Shown one piece after another: positions 62,315-64,000 of a DNA stretch of 64,000 nucleotides. The number at the start of each line of letters is the position of its first letter. Within the stretch, counting starts at the first letter, position 1. A program made the position numbers and the translations under genes. The stretch spans positions 33,048,001 to 33,112,000 of the forward strand of contig NC_058368.1 in the NCBI RefSeq assembly GCF_018350175.1, read 5' to 3'. The DNA comes from Felis catus (taxonomy: Eukaryota). Under the pieces are notes generated by a model. The model was not told the origin of the DNA, made no database searches, and saw nothing but the letters and a program-made list of their open reading frames with translations.

Positions 62315-64000
62315 CTTCCTAAAATAATAAAAACAAAATAAAACCAAAAACATACAAAATATAGGAAACAGTTTTCAAACTGGATATCCAGAAACAAGGG
62401 ACAGTAATCCCTGAAAAAAAGAGATATAAATTAAAAAGCTGAACCCTACAACTGTTCCAGCTTACTGTCTTGAAGGAGTTTTCAGGTTGTTGGGAATATG
62501 ATGAACTTGGCAGACTCCCTGCATTGAGGAGTCTGAGCTGAGAGTCCAAGAAGAGTGAGGAAACAAAAGTCCATAGAATAGTCTATCAGAGAGGAGGTAG
62601 CTAGACAGCACCCCAAACATATGATAGGGTCCCAGTCAAGTATTGAATTAGTTCCAACATTCATATGAGGAAACTATTCAAGGTGTGTTGGTCAGTCACA
62701 AAGAGAAGTGAGTCCCCTTTGAAGGGTCTTTAAGGATTACTCTAACATGGTAAGGGAAATTATACTCAGGAATATGAAATGAAAGTACTTAATATACCCA
62801 CAGGTCCTAAAAAGGAAGGCATAACATTCCCAGAGGGCCACACAAAGTCACCCAAAAGCCTGGATAAAGTTTGGCTATGGCAGGCAAGGAAAGAGCAGAA
62901 CAAGAACCTGTGGGCAAATGCTTTTATTGAGAGCAATGGATGTGGTAGGTGGTGTTTCACAGAAGACATTCCTACTGGGTAATTTAAATGTAACTGTATC
63001 AACATGGAAAGGAAGGAGGAGTAAAATGGGGATGTCATCACTGACATTTGGGGAGACTTTCTGGCAACAGATAGCCGCTTTACATTGCACAAAGAGAAAA
63101 ACTCCATCTAACTGAGTTGTAAGTAACAATTTTTGGCACTTGACAGGCCTGGACACAATGCCTATCCCATAGACGGTAACGACAACAACAAAAGCATTAA
63201 TTTACATGATGTTGAGTACTTTGTACAGTCTTGCTTCAGTAGTATAGAATAATTAACCCAAGACTGAGCACCAATTATACTCAGCTAATCATAAAAGCAA
63301 AACATGAAGGCATCACATTCTTTTCAATAATTTATTTTAGTGTTTAAGAAAAAAACTTACCTAAATAGAAAATACCCAGCCCTCAACTAGGTAAATATAT
63401 ATAGTGTACAGCAGCTAATTAAAGATTACTTGGCTTGTGTGGGGAAAAAATTAGCCATAACAGAGTAAGCAGTCAATAGAAATAGACTCATAACAGACAC
63501 GCATGTTGGAATTAATAGGTAGGGACATTAAAATACTATAATTGCATTCAGTATGTTCAAAAAGGTAAGTAGAGATCTGAAGATATAAAAAAGACGAGAA
63601 ACCATCTTCCAGTGATAAATCTACAATACTGAGAAAAAAAATACAACAGATTAGATATTGCAGAAGAAATGATTAATAGGTCTGATGTTAGAAGACAAAC
63701 TATCCACAGTGAAACACAAAGATAAAAGAGAATTGAATAAATGAAAAGAACTTCAGTAACCTTCAGGGCAACTTTATGTGGCCTAACTCACAGATAATTA
63801 GAGTCTCTGAGGTACAAAAGAGAGAAGGGAAACAGAAATATTTGAACATGTAACAGCCAAAAATGTCCCATCTTGATGAAAGTTATAAATCCATAGATCC
63901 AGAAAACCACAACCAACTCAAAGCACAAGCAACAAAAAGATAATGACAACTCATATCAGAATTAGATTGCTCAAAATTCAGTTATAATAATAAAATTTTA
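62315..64000 (+). mobile_element. Old L1 5' UTR and ORF1, running off the window end; interrupted by an LTR
   Basis: ggaaacagttttcaaactggatatccag...agattagatattgcagaagaaatgatt...ataattagagtctctgagg...aaatccatagatccagaaa, a degraded ORF1. Confidence 0.8.
62684..63155 (-). mobile_element. ERVL-type solo LTR inside the L1 5' UTR
   Basis: TG...CA ends with near 5-bp TSD caagg/caatg; aatatacccacaggtccta...gggcaaatgcttttattg. Confidence 0.55.

Noticed and set aside
1..64000. CRISPR array, operon or other prokaryotic system
   Set aside because: No regularly spaced repeat-spacer array and no gene-dense coding DNA; the sequence is mammalian

Overview
This window is AT-rich mammalian genomic DNA, not prokaryotic. 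About 25 tRNA-derived Can-SINEs of the felid SINEC_Fc type point to a cat or another felid. It is dominated by interspersed repeats: Can-SINEs (many with clear target-site duplications, TSDs), L1/HAL1 fragments, L2, MIR, L3/CR1, MaLR (MLT1) and ERV solo LTRs, a MER44/Tigger DNA transposon and microsatellites. I cannot identify a protein-coding gene; the ORF track is explained by SINE, L1 and low-complexity noise. Long L1 and MaLR remnants are mostly on the minus strand, which suggests an intron of a large plus-strand gene. The best leads are: a candidate plus-strand alternative first coding exon (42212-42286, MKTFKKKCLLKIKLQEMASFVKAHI then GTAAGT); a candidate antisense spliced transcript using an MLT1 LTR (44055-44906); a SINE with an inverted 5' head (7563-7762); a head-less inverted SINE fusion (41184-41449); and several multi-level nested insertions. 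I found no evidence of a new multi-gene system. Repeat family names come from recalled consensus motifs, not from a database search, and boundaries of old repeats are approximate.
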